Notes: generated by a model from the letters alone, not told the origin. A stretch of 64,000 nt of DNA from Mobula hypostoma (GCF_963921235.1 NC_086097.1:93932001-93996000); one strand, 5' to 3'. Counted from the stretch's first letter, positions 13,675 to 26,630 are shown. Numbers and translations are program-made.

Positions 13675-15340
13675 CCTGTTCCCAGAATGCTCTCCTATTG
13701 AAACCCCAATCACCTGGCCAGATTCATTTTTCAATACAAGGTCCCGTATGGTAGTTTCTCTATCTGCTTGCTGTTTCAAGACATCCTCCTGAAGGCACCT
13801 AACAAATTCTGCCCCATCTAAGCCTCCTGCAAAAAGTAAGTCCAAGTCAATATTGGGGTAATTCACTCTCAGAGTGCAGCTGTGACACTGGCAACACAAC
13901 TCCTCCTCTACTTTCACATCCCCATCTATCATGTTTGAAACATCGGAAACCTGGAAAGATGAGCTGCCAGCAATGTTCCCTCTAAGGTATGCGTGTGTGC
14001 ACGTGCACATATCTTTTGCTACTAGCACACAAAGGAATTTGAACTGCACTCAAAAGGTTGTCACCTTCTACCTTGTTGGCATGTTAAGTATAATTCATGA
14101 TCGTACACAATCACATTTCCTTTTCTGGTTTCTGATGAGGATGGTGTTGACAATGTGGAGTTTGTGATGATTTGTCCACAGATTTTAGAACTGGCTTATT
14201 TATACTCCTTTTATTGGAGAAATTATTCAGTATGCACAAGTTGTTGTCACTGGACAAAAAATTGTACAGCACAAGATTTTTTCACAGACTGGTCGTTACA
14301 AATTAGTGGGAACATTGGCTGCCAGCCTTGCCCCTTTCAACCAAGCCTCTGTAATGGCCACAACATCACAAAGCCTGATCCAGGCTCCAAGTTCAACTAC
14401 CTTATTGAAAATACTCCTTGAAATAAACTCACTTCAGCCGATCTGTTCCACAGTGTTCATTTACCTGGCTCTGCCTATTAGGCTTACGTAGCTGAACAAC
14501 TTCTTTCGCTTTAATTCTTCCTTCTCCTGACCTGTTGCTGTAGTCCCCACCTCTACCGCGCTAGTTTAAACCCTCCTGAGTAGCACTAGCAGATCTCCTT
14601 GCAAGGATATTGGTTCCCTGCAGTTTAGGTACAACCTGTGCTTGTTGTACAGGAACAGAGCCCAATAATCCATGTACCTGCAGCCCTCCCTCCTGAACCA
14701 GCTCCATAGCCATTCAAATGTACCATGTTCTCATTTTTGTCTGAGATTACCAACCTAGACGACATGTTTTTCTTTAAATTTTCCACCCAACTCCATAAGT
14801 TCACTTTGCAGGATCTTGTCTCTCTTCCTGCCTAGATGTTAGTACAAAAACAGATCACAACTTCCAGATGCTCAGAGTCCTTTGTCAGAATGTCTGCTCT
14901 GAGATAACCTTGACCCTTGCACCAGAGTGGCAACCAACCAACATGGAGTCTCCCTCATAGCCACAGAAACGCCTTTCTGTGTCCCTGACTGAAGAGTTCC
15001 CTATTACTATTGCTCATCTGGAGTTTGACGTAACCTTCTGTTCAATAGAGCCAGCAATGCTGCTACTCCTCCCCCATGGGGCTAACTCCCACCCTACCAT
15101 CCCAGCACCAATGGTATCTAAACTAGTATACTTATTCGAGGGGGAAAGCTACAGGAAGCTCCTGTCTGCCTCACCTGGCAGGCACACACCGAGCTGGCTG
15201 AACCTTTAATGTGACCACCTCTCTAAAACCCCTGTCTGGACCACTTTCTGACTTCGGTATGTTCCTTAAAGACTAACCGCTACTCCAACTGATCCATGTG
15301 GTCTAAGAGGACAAGCTTCCTGAAAAGATAATTATCAGGA
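13675..15340 (-). mobile_element. CR1 LINE 5' part (ORF1 and endonuclease remnants), interrupted by a hAT MITE
   Basis: Remnants VNYPNIDL..GLDGAEFVRCLQE..DLVL.NESGQV; ORF1-type sequence at 14550-15300. Confidence 0.6.
13971..14317. mobile_element. hAT-family MITE (347 bp)
   Basis: 15-bp TIR CAATGTTCCCTCTAA / TTAGTGGGAACATTG; perfect 8-bp TSD GCTGCCAG (13963-70, 14318-25). Confidence 0.92.
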
Positions 15341-15779
15341 ACATGTGAAGAAGATTGTCTAAGATTGCAAGATGATTCAAATTAATTTTGAAAGGATGTC
15401 AAGAAATCGCGTTTGGAATTTAACCCAGATAAGTATGATGATTCATTTGGAATTGGGATTGGTTCACATATACCAAGATAAAGTGGAAAACATAGTTCTG
15501 CATACCATCCATACAGATTATTTCAAAAGATACGTACTTTGAGACAGTACAAGAGAAAATCAGTAACAGAATGTGGAATAGTGTTACAGTTACAGAGAAA
15601 ATGCATTGGATGTACTATAGAAAACAAGGTGAAGAGGCATGACAAAGTAGCTTGTGAAGTCAAAAGTTCAAGTTTATATGTCCAAGAGTCTTATAACAGT
15701 AGGATAGAAACTGCCCTTGAGCCCAGTGATATAAATTTTCAAGTTTTTGTATCTTTGGCCTGATGGAAGTTGGAAGGTG

Positions 15780-18700
15780 AGAATAATCGGGATTAGAGAC
15801 CAAAATCCTTGTGGGCAGGTTTACGAGATCATTTGGGGCGTGGTTAAACTCATTTGGTAGGGAGATTGGAACCAGAGTGATAGGGCTGAGGATGTGGAAG
15901 TTGGTATACAACTAAATGCAGGAAAGGACAGCCAGATGATAGTGGAATGAGTTGCAGTGAACAAAATGAAAAAGGGTGATGAATACAGGACTGAAGATAT
16001 TACATTTGAATGCATGCAGTATATGGAATAAGGTAGATTATCTTGCCGTGCAGTTAGAGGTTGGTAGGTATGATGTGGGCTGAAAGAAGATCACAGTTGG
16101 GAGCTTAGCATCCAATGATACACATGATACGAAAGGACAGGCTGGTAAACAGAGGGGATGGGGTGGCTCTGTTGGTTTAAAATGAAATCAAATCTTCAGA
16201 ATTAGAGAATGTAGAATCCTTGTGGGTAGAGTTAAGAAAGTGCAAGGGCAAAAAGACCCTGATGGGAATTATATACAGACCTCTGAACAGTAGCGAAGAT
16301 GTGGGCTACAAATTACAACGGGTGATATAGTAAAAGCATGTCAAAAGGACAATGTTACAATAGTCATGGGGGCTTGGGAGTGAATTTGTAGAATGCCTAC
16401 AAGATGTCTTTTTAGAGCAGCTTGTGGTTGAGCCCACTAGGAGAAAGGCAATTCTGGATTGGGTGTTGTATAATGAACAGAATTTCAATAGGGAGCTTAT
16501 GGTAAAGAAACCCTTAGGAGGACGATGCAACCGTGGCTGACAAGGTAATTCAAAAACAACATAAAACAGAAAGAGAGGCATATAATAGAGCAAAGATTAG
16601 TTGGAAGTGAGAGAATTGAGAAGCTTTTAAAAACCAACAGAAGGCAACTACAAAAGCCTTAAGGAGGGAAAAGGTGAAATATGAAGGTAAACTAGCCAGT
16701 AATATCTTAGAGAATACCAAAAGGTATTTCAGATATATAAAGAGCAAAGAGTAGATATCCGTCTGATAGAAAATGATGCTGGAGAGGTACAGTAGTAATG
16801 GGGGACAAAAGGAAATGGCAGACAAACTGAATAAGTATTTTACATCCTTCTTCACTGTGTAAGACACTAGAAGTATGCCTGGAATTTCGAGACTGTCAGG
16901 GAGCAAACGTGAATTCAATTGCTATTACAATGGAGAAGGTGTTTGGGGAACTGAAAGGTCTGAAGATAGTATAGTGAAGTCACCTGGACCAGATGGACTA
17001 TACCTCAGGGTTCTGAGAGATGTAGCTGAAGAGATTGTGGAGACATTAGTGATGATTTTCCAAGAATCACTACGCTCTGGCATGGTTCTGGAGGACTGAA
17101 AAATTCTGTTACTCCACTCTTCAAGGGGGGGGGGTGGCAGAAGAAAGGAAATTTTAGGCCAGTTAGCTTGATCTCAGTGGTTGGGAAGATGTTGGAGTTG
17201 ATTGTTAAGGATGAGGTCTCAGGATACTTGGAGGCACATGATAAAATAGGTCAAATTCAGCATGGATTTCTTAAGGGAAAATCTTACCTGACAGATCTGT
17301 TGGAATTCTTTGAGTAAATAACAAGCAGGATAGACAAAGAAGAATCAGTGGATGTTCTATACTTGGATTTTCAGAAGGCCACACATAAAGTTGCTTGACA
17401 AGATAAGAGCCAGTGGCATTACAATAGAAGACTGGCTGATTGGCAGAAGGCAAAGAATAGGAACAAAGGGAGCTTTTTCTGGTTATCTACCAGTGACAAG
17501 CGATGTTCCGCAAGGGTCAGTGTTGGGACAGCTTCTTTTTACGTTATGTGTCAATGATTCGGAATTGATGGCTTTGTGGCCCAGTTTGCGGATGATACAA
17601 AGATAGGTGGCGGGTTAGGTAGTGTTGAGGAAGCAGAGAGGCTGCAGAAGGACATAGGCAGATTAGGAAAATGGGCAAAGAAGTAGCAGAACAAAATACC
17701 ATGTTGGGAAGCGTATGGTCATGTACTTTGGTAGAAGGAACACAAGCGTAGATTATTTTCTACGTGGGCAGAAAATTCAAAAATCCAAGGTTCAGAGGGA
17801 CTTGGGAGTCTTCAACTGGATTCCCTAAAGGTTAACTTACAAATTGAGTTGGTGGTGAGGAAGGCAAATGCAATGTTAGCATTCATTTTGAGAGGACTAG
17901 AATGTAAAAGCAACGATGTAATGCTGAGGCTTTATAAAGCACTGGTGAGACACGCTTGGAGCATTGTGAGAAGTTTTGGGTGCCTTATCTAAGAAAAAAT
18001 GTGCTGACATCGGAAAGGGTTCAGAGGAGGTTCATGAGAATGATTCTGGGAATGAAAGGCTTATCATATAAGGAGCATTTGAAGGCTCTGGGCCTGTACT
18101 CACTGGAATTTCGAGGAATGAGGGGGATCTCACTCATTGTTAAGTGAGTTATCAAATGTTGAAAGGCCTCTGAAACACACCAGTTTCCTTGGCTGTGTAA
18201 GTCAAGGGAAGACAACCTCCGGCCCCGCCAAACTTTAGAGATTGAAGAGCACTGGATCCCACCCCAAACCTTGGTTTGTGTGAATGCTGGGTCATTTGCT
18301 ACCCTGTTCCAAATTAATGCCAAGAAATAACAGACAGATCACTGCATACGATTAAAGGAATTATATTTATGAATCTTAAATAAAGGGTTAGTAAAGAATA
18401 ACAAAAAGAGGGCCCATTCTAATTAAACAGTCAAATGTGCACAAGTTGGAGCTCATCTTGAACTTCCCTGTTACTCATGCACTGGGTCCCAGGTCAGCGT
18501 GAAAGCACACACCACCTTCTGAACGTCGCTTGTAATCCATCGGGAACAAACAGGTCTCCCCCCGGATCGTATGCTACAATCAGTTCTCCCCAGCGTGTTC
18601 TCTCTTCATCTCCTCTCGAGCCCAAGACCAACCTTATTGTCCCTCACCAAGAAAACCTCCCGCTAATTGCATGGCACATATTCCACATCATCCCTTATCT

Positions 18701-19135
18701 TCAACAATAACCCAAACAGGCTGAAACCAGAACAAGCAGCTCTTATAGAGCTGCACAAAATGAAATACATGAAAAATATGAACCAGGGCATTACAACTAG
18801 ATAGAGTGGTTGTGTAGAGGATGTTTTCTATGGTGGGGGAGTCTAAGACCAGTGAGCACAGCCTCAGAATAAAGGAACATCCATTTAGAACAGAAATGAG
18901 AAGGAATTTCTTTAGCCAGAGGGTGGTGAATCTGTAGAATTCATTGCCTCATGTGGCTTTGGAGGCCAGATGAATGGTTGTATTTAAGGCGGAGATAGAT
19001 AGGTTCTTGATTAGTCAGGGTGAGAAGGCAGGAAAATGGGGTTGAGAGGGTAAATGGAACAGTCACGATGAAATTGCAGAGCAGACTCGATGGGTTGAAT
19101 GGCCTAATTCTGTCCTTATCCCTTATGGTCTAATG
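15780..19135 (+). mobile_element. Long degenerate CR1 LINE (ORF1 end, endonuclease, RT, 3' tail), split by an LTR-like insert
   Basis: KSPGPDGLYLRVLRDVAEEI, VPQGSVLG, ERVQRRFMRMILGMKGL remnants in order. Confidence 0.85.
18171..18795 (-). mobile_element. Probable solo LTR inserted in CR1
   Basis: About 625 bp non-coding insert with TG..CA ends (minus strand starts TGTAATGCCC) that interrupts CR1 sequence GAAAGGCCT|AGATAGAG; TSD unclear. Confidence 0.5.
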
Positions 19136-19149
19136 GTATTATAGATCTT

Positions 19150-21235
19150 CAATTATGTTGGCTGCTTTTCCAAGGCAGGGGAATATGCAGACACAGTCCA
19201 CAGAGGTGAGGTTGATTTTCGTGATGGACTAAGTTGAGACAATACACCTCTGCAAATTACTTTGGTCCTCAGGCTCCTGTAACTCCTTCTTGATGGTAAC
19301 AATGAGAAGAGGGCATGTCCTAAGTGATGGGCATCCTTAATGATGGATGTTGCCTTCTTTAGGCATTACCTTTTGAAGGTGTCCTGGATGCTGGGCAGGC
19401 AAGTGCCTTTGAAGGAGCTTGAATGAGTTTATAATTTTCTGCAGCTTTTTCTGATGATGTGCAGTGGCCCTTCCATCCCAGATGGTGATGCAACCAGTTA
19501 GAATGCTCTCCACAGTACATCTGTAGAAGCCTCTGAGTGACATAACAAATCTCCTCAAACCCATAATGAAGTATAACAACTGTCGTACCTTCTTTGAAAT
19601 TGCATCAATATGCTGGGCCTGGGATAGATCCTCAGAGATGTTGACACCCAAAAACTTGAAACTGCTCACCTTTTCCATTTCTAATCCCTTGATGAGGACT
19701 GATGTGTGTTCCCTTGACTTTCCCTTCCTGAAGTCCACAACCAATTCCTTGGTCTGACATTGAATGCAAGGTTGTTGTTGTGACACCACTCAATCAGCTC
19801 CTCTATCTCAGTCCTGTACACCTCCTTGTCACCATATGAAATTCTGTTAACAATAGTTGTTTCATCAACTATTTTATAGCTGGTGTTAGAGCTGTGGTTA
19901 GCCACACACTCAGGGTGTAGAGAGAGTAAAGCAGTGGGCTAAGCACACATCCTTGCGGTGCCCCAGTGTTGATTGTCAGCAAGGAGATGTTATATCCCCT
20001 CTGCACTGACTCTCATCTCCAGTTTCAAAGGTACAGTTAATGTCAGAGATATGCATACAATATACACCCTGAAATGCTTTTTCTTTGCAACCAGCTATGA
20101 AAACAGAGGAGTGCCTCCAAAGAATGAATGACAGTTAAATGTTAGAACCCCAAACCCCACCCCAGCTCCCCCCACACACGTAGGCAGCAGCAAAGCAACA
20201 ATCCCTCCTCCCCCACCAGCAAAAAAATGCATCAGCACCCACCAGCAAGCACTCAAGTGTACAGCAAAGCAACAGCAAAGACACAAACTTACAGTACCCC
20301 AAAGACTACTTGTTCACCTGGTATTCGACATACCACAGGCTCTCTCTCTCCCCCTAATAAGGAAAAAAGAAATATCTCCATTACACAGTGAGAGGGGAGG
20401 CATAACAAACAACTCACTGATTTCCAATGTTAAAAGTCCTTTAAAAGTCGCTTTTTCCAAGCTCTGTTCCCAAAGTTCTTGGGTCTCTGGGCACATAGCC
20501 AGAGATCTTCCATTTCCCATGACACACCTATTTCCCGCCGGGACACTGACTGTCTCCAGAGCCACGTGGTCCCGGAACTCTGAAGGTGAGCTAATTTCTT
20601 AGGCTGCATCCTTGGCTTATCAAATAATGGCCAGTCGTGAAACCCCGAAAGTGGGTCCCACTTCCGCAAAGAACCGAAGTCAGCGTGTAACTCCAGGTCA
20701 GGGTCTTCAAAAGAACCCTGAAAGGGAAAAATAGAGATATTAAAGATAGAAATGAAGCTGTTTCTGAAGATGCAAGCAAAGGAGTTGCCGTTAGTCGCCA
20801 TTGTCTCCTCCGAAGCTCCTCAGTTGCATAAGGAGCTACAGAGGCCCAGGTTGTGGAACTGAAGATATTATAGTGTTGAACACTAATAAGCACAGCCTGA
20901 CGTAGGTGTTACTATTGTCCAGGTGATCCAAAGCCAAGTGGAGAGCCAGTGAGATTGTATCCACTGTAGACCTATGGTGGCGACAGGCAAACTGCAGCAA
21001 GTCCAGATCTTTGCTTAGGCAGGAGTTGATTCTCATCATGACCAAACTCTCAAAGCACTTCATCACAGATGATGTGAGTGAACTGGATGATAGTCATTGA
21101 GGCAGCTCACCCTGCTCTTCTTGGCCACCGGTATGATTTTGAAGCAGGTGGGAACCTCTGACTGCAGCAGTGAGAGATTGAAGATGTCCTTGAAGACTCC
21201 TGTTAGTTGGTTGGCACAGGTTTTCAGTGCCCAGG
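19150..21235 (-). mobile_element. Rex1/Babar LINE RT fragment with a non-coding insert at about 20025-20830
   Basis: KELVVDFRK, FKFLGVNISEDL, YRCTVESILTGCITIW, MKCFESLV, STVDTISLALHLALDHLD. Confidence 0.85.
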
Positions 21236-22515
21236 CAGGTAGGTACATCGACAGTGAATGACGGCGCCACGTGGAGTGCAGTAGAACGGAGAAACATGAG
21301 TAGGTAGTTCCCTGAAGGTGGTGACACATTTAGACCTGGTAGTCAAGAAGGCATATGACATGCTTGCCTTCATTGGTTGGGTACTGAGTGCAAGAGTCAT
21401 GATAACACAAGATAATCTGCAGGTGCTGGGATCAAAGCAACACTCACAGAACGCTGGAGGAACTCAGCAGGTCCGGCAGCATCCGTGGAGACGTCGACTC
21501 ATCGTTTCCATGGATGCTGCCCGACCTCATGATATCACTTTATAGCTGTATAGGACGTTGGTGAGACTGCACCTAAAATTTTGAGTGCCATTTTGTTCGG
21601 CATACTATAAAAAGCTTAAGAAGATACAGAAAAGATTTACAAGGGTCTTCCTCGGTCTCAGGGAAAGGGAGGGGGGGGCTTAAATTAGTAAGGAGAGACT
21701 AGATAGATAGGGACTATTTTCCCTAAGGCATTGGAGGCAGAGGGGTGACCTTATAAGGCAAATAGTCAGTTTTTTCCCCCCAGGGTAGGGAATCTAAAAC
21801 GAAAGACTATAGGGTTAAGGCAAGAAGGGAAAGATTTAAAAGGACCCAAGGAGCAATTTTTTTCCACAGCGAGTGTTTAGTACAAGGAACGCGTGGCCAG
21901 AGGAAGCTTTATCGCACACCCCGCTCTGGTCTTCTGCCTGCTCTGGATCTCTTTATCGCTAACTGCCGACAGGACATCAACCATCTCGACTTCACCGCAC
22001 CTTGTCCCCATTCCAACCTCACTCCTTCAGAATGCTCTGCTCTCCACTCCCTCCGCACTAATCCTAACCTTATTATTAAACCCGCTGATAAGGGGGGTGC
22101 TGTTGTAGTCTGGCGTACTGACCTCTACCTTGCCGAGGCACAGCGACAACTCGCGGATACCTCCTCTTATTTACCCCTCGATCGTGACCCCACTAAGGAG
22201 CACCAGGCCATTGTATCCCATACCATCACCGACTTTATCCGCTCAGGGGATCTCCCATCCACTGCTACCAACCTTATAGTTCCCACACCCCGCACTTCCC
22301 GTTTCTACCTCCTACCCAAGATCCACAAACCTGCCTGTCCTGGCAGACCTATTGTCTCAGCTTGCTCCTGCCCCACCGAACTCGTTTCTGTATACCTCGA
22401 AACGGATTTATCCCCCCTTGTTCAATCCCTTCCTACCTATGTTCGTGACACTTCTCACGCTCTTAAACTTTTCGATGATTTTAAGTTCCCTGGCCCCCAC
22501 CGCTTTATTTTCACC

Positions 22516-23874
22516 ATGGATGTCCAGTCCCTATATACTTCCATGCCCCATCAGGAAGGTCTCAAAGCTCTACGCTTCTTTTTGGATTCCAGACCTAATC
22601 AGTTCCCCTCTACCACCACTCTGCTCCGTCTAGCGGAATTAGTCCTTACTCTTAATAATTTCTCCTTTGGCTCCTCCCACTTCCTCCAAACTAAAGGTGT
22701 AGCTATGGGCACCCGTATGGGTCCTAGCTATGCCTGCCTTTCTGTTGGCTTTGTGGAACAATCTATGTTCCATGCCTATTCTGGTATCTGTCCCCCACTT
22801 TTCCTTCGCTACATCGACGACTGCATTGGCGCTGCTTCCTGCATGCATGCAGAGCTCGTTGACTTTATTAACTTTGCCTCCAACTTTCACCCTGCCCTCA
22901 AGTTTACCTGGTCCATTTCTGACACCTCCCTCCCCTTTCTAGATCTTTCTGTCTCTGTCTCTGGAGACAGCTTATCCACTGATGTCTACTATAAGCCTAC
23001 TGACTCTCACAGCTATCTGGACTATTCCTCTTCTCACCCTGTCTCTTGCAAAAACGCCATCCCCTTCTCGCAATTCCTCTGTCTCCGCCGCATCTGCTCT
23101 CAGGATGAGGTTTTTCATTCTAGGACGAGGGAGATGTCCTCCTTTTTTAAAGAAAGGGGCTTCCCTTCCTCCACTATCAACTCCGCTCTTAAACGCATCT
23201 CCCCCATTTCACGTACATCTGCTCTCACTCCATCCTCCGGCCACCCCACTAGGAATAGGGTTCCCCTGGTCCTCACCTACCACCCCACCAGCCTCCGGGT
23301 CCAACATATTATTCTCCGTAACTTCCGCCACCTCCAACGGGATCCCACCACTAAGCACATCTTTCCCTCCCCCCCCCCCGCTTTCCGCAGGGATCGCTCC
23401 CTACGCGACTCTCTTGTCCATTCGTCCCCCCCATCCCTCCCCACTGATCTCCCTCCTGGCACTTATCTGTGTAAGCGGAACAAGTGCTACACATGCCCTT
23501 ACACTTTCTCCCTTACCACCATTCAGGGCCCCAAACAGTCCTTCCAGGTGAGGCAACACTTCACCTGTGAGTCGGCTGGGGTGATATACTGCGTCCGGTG
23601 CTCCCGATGTGGCCTTTTATATATTGGCGAGACCCGACGCAGACTGGGAGACCGCTTTGCTGAACACCTATGCTCTGTCCGCCAGAGAAAACAGGATCTC
23701 CCAGTGGCCACACATTTTAATTCCACATCCCATTCCCATTCTGACACGTCTATCCATGGCCTCCTCTACTGTAAAGATGAAGCCACACTCAGGTTGGAGG
23801 AACAACACCTTATATTCCGTCTGGGTAGCCTCCAACCTGATGGCATGAACATTGACCGCTCTAACTTCCGCTAA
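22516..23874 (+). CDS. PLE reverse transcriptase - GIY-YIG endonuclease (partial; frame is open further upstream)
   Basis: 452-aa ORF with RT YIDD motif, Cys-rich linker and GIY-YIG-type VIYCVRC..LLYIGET. Confidence 0.9.
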   Translation: MDVQSLYTSMPHQEGLKALRFFLDSRPNQFPSTTTLLRLAELVLTLNNFSFGSSHFLQTKGVAMGTRMGPSYACLSVGFVEQSMFHAYSGICPPLFLRYIDDCIGAASCMHAELVDFINFASNFHPALKFTWSISDTSLPFLDLSVSVSGDSLSTDVYYKPTDSHSYLDYSSSHPVSCKNAIPFSQFLCLRRICSQDEVFHSRTREMSSFFKERGFPSSTINSALKRISPISRTSALTPSSGHPTRNRVPLVLTYHPTSLRVQHIILRNFRHLQRDPTTKHIFPSPPPAFRRDRSLRDSLVHSSPPSLPTDLPPGTYLCKRNKCYTCPYTFSLTTIQGPKQSFQVRQHFTCESAGVIYCVRCSRCGLLYIGETRRRLGDRFAEHLCSVRQRKQDLPVATHFNSTSHSHSDTSIHGLLYCKDEATLRLEEQHLIFRLGSLQPDGMNIDRSNFR

Positions 23875-23959
23875 TGCCCCCTTCCTGTCTTCTCCTATCA
23901 TTTTGGATTTCCCCCTCTCCCTCCCACTTTCAAATCTCTTACTATCTCTTCTTTCAGTT

Positions 23960-23995
23960 AGTCCTGACGAAGGGTCTTGGCCTGAAACGTCGACT
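23960..23995 (+). ncRNA. Type I minimal hammerhead ribozyme motif in PLE tail
   Basis: AGTC-CTGACGA-stem II-GAAAC-GTC-GACT: canonical core CUGAnGA/GAAA/UH with stem I AGTC/GACT. Confidence 0.8.
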
Positions 23996-24229
23996 GTACC
24001 TCTTCCTAGAGATGCTGCCTGGCCTGCTGCGTTCACCAGCAACTTTGATGTGTGTTGCCAGAGGAAGCTGTATAGGTGGGTACAGTTACAAAATTTAAAA
24101 TACAGGGACATGGACAAAAAAGGTTGGTAGAATGTATGCAAATAGCACTAGCTTTGGTAGGCATTTTGTTCACCCAGTAAATGTAAACCCACTCTCTCCC
24201 CCCCAAAGGCTGCAGCCACGGTTCGCTCA

Positions 24230-24347
24230 GCATCAGAGGCCCTCACTCACCATGGCAACCCGCTGCCGGAAGTGACGGCAGCCCAAATCCCGATCCCGCG
24301 GCCTGCCGGAGTTGCGTTCGCCGGGCCCCGAGTCTGCGCTGGCGGTG
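24230..24347. promoter_or_regulatory. CpG-rich bidirectional promoter with ETS/GABP site and X-box-like motif
   Basis: CCGGAAGTG at 24266-74; CTCACCATGGCAAC at 24246-59; high CpG density; divergent ATGs 94 bp apart. Confidence 0.65.
24251..24253 (-). CDS. ATG-only first coding exon of an unidentified gene divergent from IVD
   Basis: GTTGCC-ATG followed directly by consensus donor GTGAGT inside the CpG-rich promoter. Confidence 0.55.
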
Positions 24348-24509
24348 ATGGCCTCTCTCCGTGCGCTCTCTGGGCAGTTGCTGGCAGTGAGCTGGCGGCG
24401 GGCCGTCGCTGGGTTGCAGCCTGCGATCCGACTGCATGGTCACAAGCACATGAGCAGTCTGCCTGGCATTGATGATGTGGTTAACGGGCTTACGGAGGAG
24501 CAGAGACAG
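24348..24509 (+). CDS. IVD: Isovaleryl-CoA dehydrogenase exon 1 (mitochondrial transit peptide)
   Basis: MASLRALSG...SSLPGIDDVVNGLTEEQRQ|gtaacc matches the vertebrate IVD exon 1 end (human SLLPVDDAINGLSEEQRQ), phase 0 donor. Confidence 0.9.
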
Positions 24510-25749
24510 GTAACCAGCAACCGACTAGAGCCGTGAAACACATAACCACAGAGGTCAGCCAGTTAACAATTAACTGGAGAAGAACTGGAGTTATGCAATT
24601 GGAAAATGAAACAAAGACTCTTAGAAAAAGAGCGTCCGTGGGGAGAAAAATTTTTTGTTCGTATTATAGGTCAAACGCCCTTTGTCAGAACTAGGAAAAA
24701 TCAGAGTTTTGACCTGAAACATTGACAATTTCTTCCCCCCACCCCATGCTGTTGGACGTGCTGAGTTCTTTCGGCAGATTGTAGCTCTTGGTTAGGTCTG
24801 CAGCCTTTTGTCTAAGTAACAGAAAAGATGAGGAAGTTTGTGCTGTGTCTTGTCACGTTACAGTGAGACATTAGTAGTGGAATGGGGAATTAATGTGACA
24901 GAATCAGGTTTAATATCACCAGCGTATGTCCCGGACACTGGGAGCTCAAGGTCACTCTGTGCCCTGAGCCCAGGTGCTCTACTAAGCAGTCACCCAACCA
25001 GTGTTTGGGTTCTCTGGGGTAGAGGAGGTCACACTGTGAATGCCAAATGCAGTACACTAGATTGTAGAAGTGCAAATGAATCACTACCTTAACCAACAAG
25101 GACTGTTAGGATTCCTGGAGATGACCAGAAATCAACTCAACTCAAGTGTTCATCGGTTAATCAGAGATTGGTTCCAGTTTTTCTATGGCAGATAGTGGAG
25201 GTAACAGAAGTGAAACCAAATAGGTAACTAGACAGAAAGTTGAGGCAAAGAGTGGAGATAACAAGTGAAACCAAATGGGTAACCAGACAGCAATAAGAAT
25301 ATATAAGAAAAATACTGAAATGTCCAGCAGTTTAAGTAATAACTGTGGAGAGTTAACAAATAACCACACAGATCAATGACTATTAATCAGAACTAGGTAA
25401 CCAGATACTACAGATCGAGAGAGTGGGTTACCAGAAACTAATAACTAATCACAAGTAGTAATTGACCATGAGCTAATTAAACATTAAAGCTTGGAGTGAA
25501 GGAAAAACTATGCAGAATGTAAGCCTCCAACAGACAACTTGGCTTAAACAATCCATGTTGTTTACACACAAAAAGAAACCACAGACTCCATTATATCCTG
25601 GCTGAATGCAGATGAACTACTTGGGCTAATTCTACTTTTCAGTGTCAGTATGTAGACTTGTAGATTGCAGCACATATCCTCATGCAGATGCTATTTAAAT
25701 GTAGTGAGTTTCTGCTGTCATAAATCTTTCAGCCAGTTGTCTTTGACAC

Positions 25750-26630
25750 AAAGGTTGGGGGTGTTGTGGATAGTGTGGATGGCTGTGAGAGGTTACAATG
25801 GGACATTGATAGGATGCAAAACTGGGCTGAGAAGTGGCAGATGGAGTTCAACCCAGATAAGTGTGAGGTGGTTCATTTTGGTAGGTCAAATATGATGGCA
25901 GAGTATAGCATTAATGGTAAGACTCTTGGCAGTGTGGAGGATCAGAGGGATCGTCTTTGAGGACACTCAAAGCTGCTGTGCAGGTTGACTCTGTGGTTAA
26001 GAAGGCATACGGTGCCTTGGCCTTCATCAATCGTGGGATTGAGTTTAAGAGCCGAGAGGTAATATTGCAGCTATATAGGACCCTGGTCAGACCCCACTTG
26101 GAGTACTGTGCTCAATTCTAGTCGCCTCACTATAGGAAGGACGTGGAAACAGTAGAAAGGGTGCAGAGGAGATTTACAAGGATGTTGCCTGGATTGGGGA
26201 GCATGCCTTATGAAAATAGGTTGAGTGAGCTCGGCCTTTTCTCCTTGGAGTGACATAGGATGAGAGGTGACTTGAGGTGTACAAGATGATGAGAGGCATT
26301 GATCGTGTGGCTAGTCCGAGGCTTTTCCCCAGGGCTGAAATGGCTAGCACAAGAGGGCATAGTTTGAAGGTGCTTGGAAGTAGGTACAGAGGAGATGTCA
26401 GGGGTAAGTTTTCTTACACAGAGAGTGGTGCGTGCGTGGAATGGGCTGCTGGCGGTGGTGGTGAAGGTGGAAACGGTAGTGTCTTTTAAGAGACTCCTGG
26501 ATGGCTACATGAGGCTTAGCAAAATAGAGGGCTATGGGTAAGGCCTAGGTAGTTCTAAGGTAGGGACATTTGGCACAGCTTTGTGGGCTGAAGGGCCTGT
26601 ATTGTGCTGTATGTTTTCTATGTTTATATG
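25750..26630 (+). mobile_element. CR1 LINE 3' fragment (same subfamily as 4322-5155)
   Basis: WAEKWQMEFNPDKCEVVHFGR, TRGHSLKV; TTTCTATG tail. Confidence 0.92.

Larger units (their letters stand above)
21909..24056 (+). mobile_element. 5'-truncated Penelope-like element (RT + GIY-YIG endonuclease), young insertion in a CR1 fragment
   Basis: One open frame from about 21910 to 23874 (KPADKGGAVV, DVQSLYTS, GVAMGT, LRYIDD, YIGETRRRL.DRF.EH); perfect 13-bp TSD GCCAGAGGAAGCT (21896-908, 24057-69). Confidence 0.95.

Noticed and set aside
22639..23848. Numerous Pro/Ser-rich and antisense ORFs overlapping PLEs (also 34-36 kb, 44-47 kb, 55-57 kb)
   Set aside because: Shadow frames of C-rich PLE coding sequence
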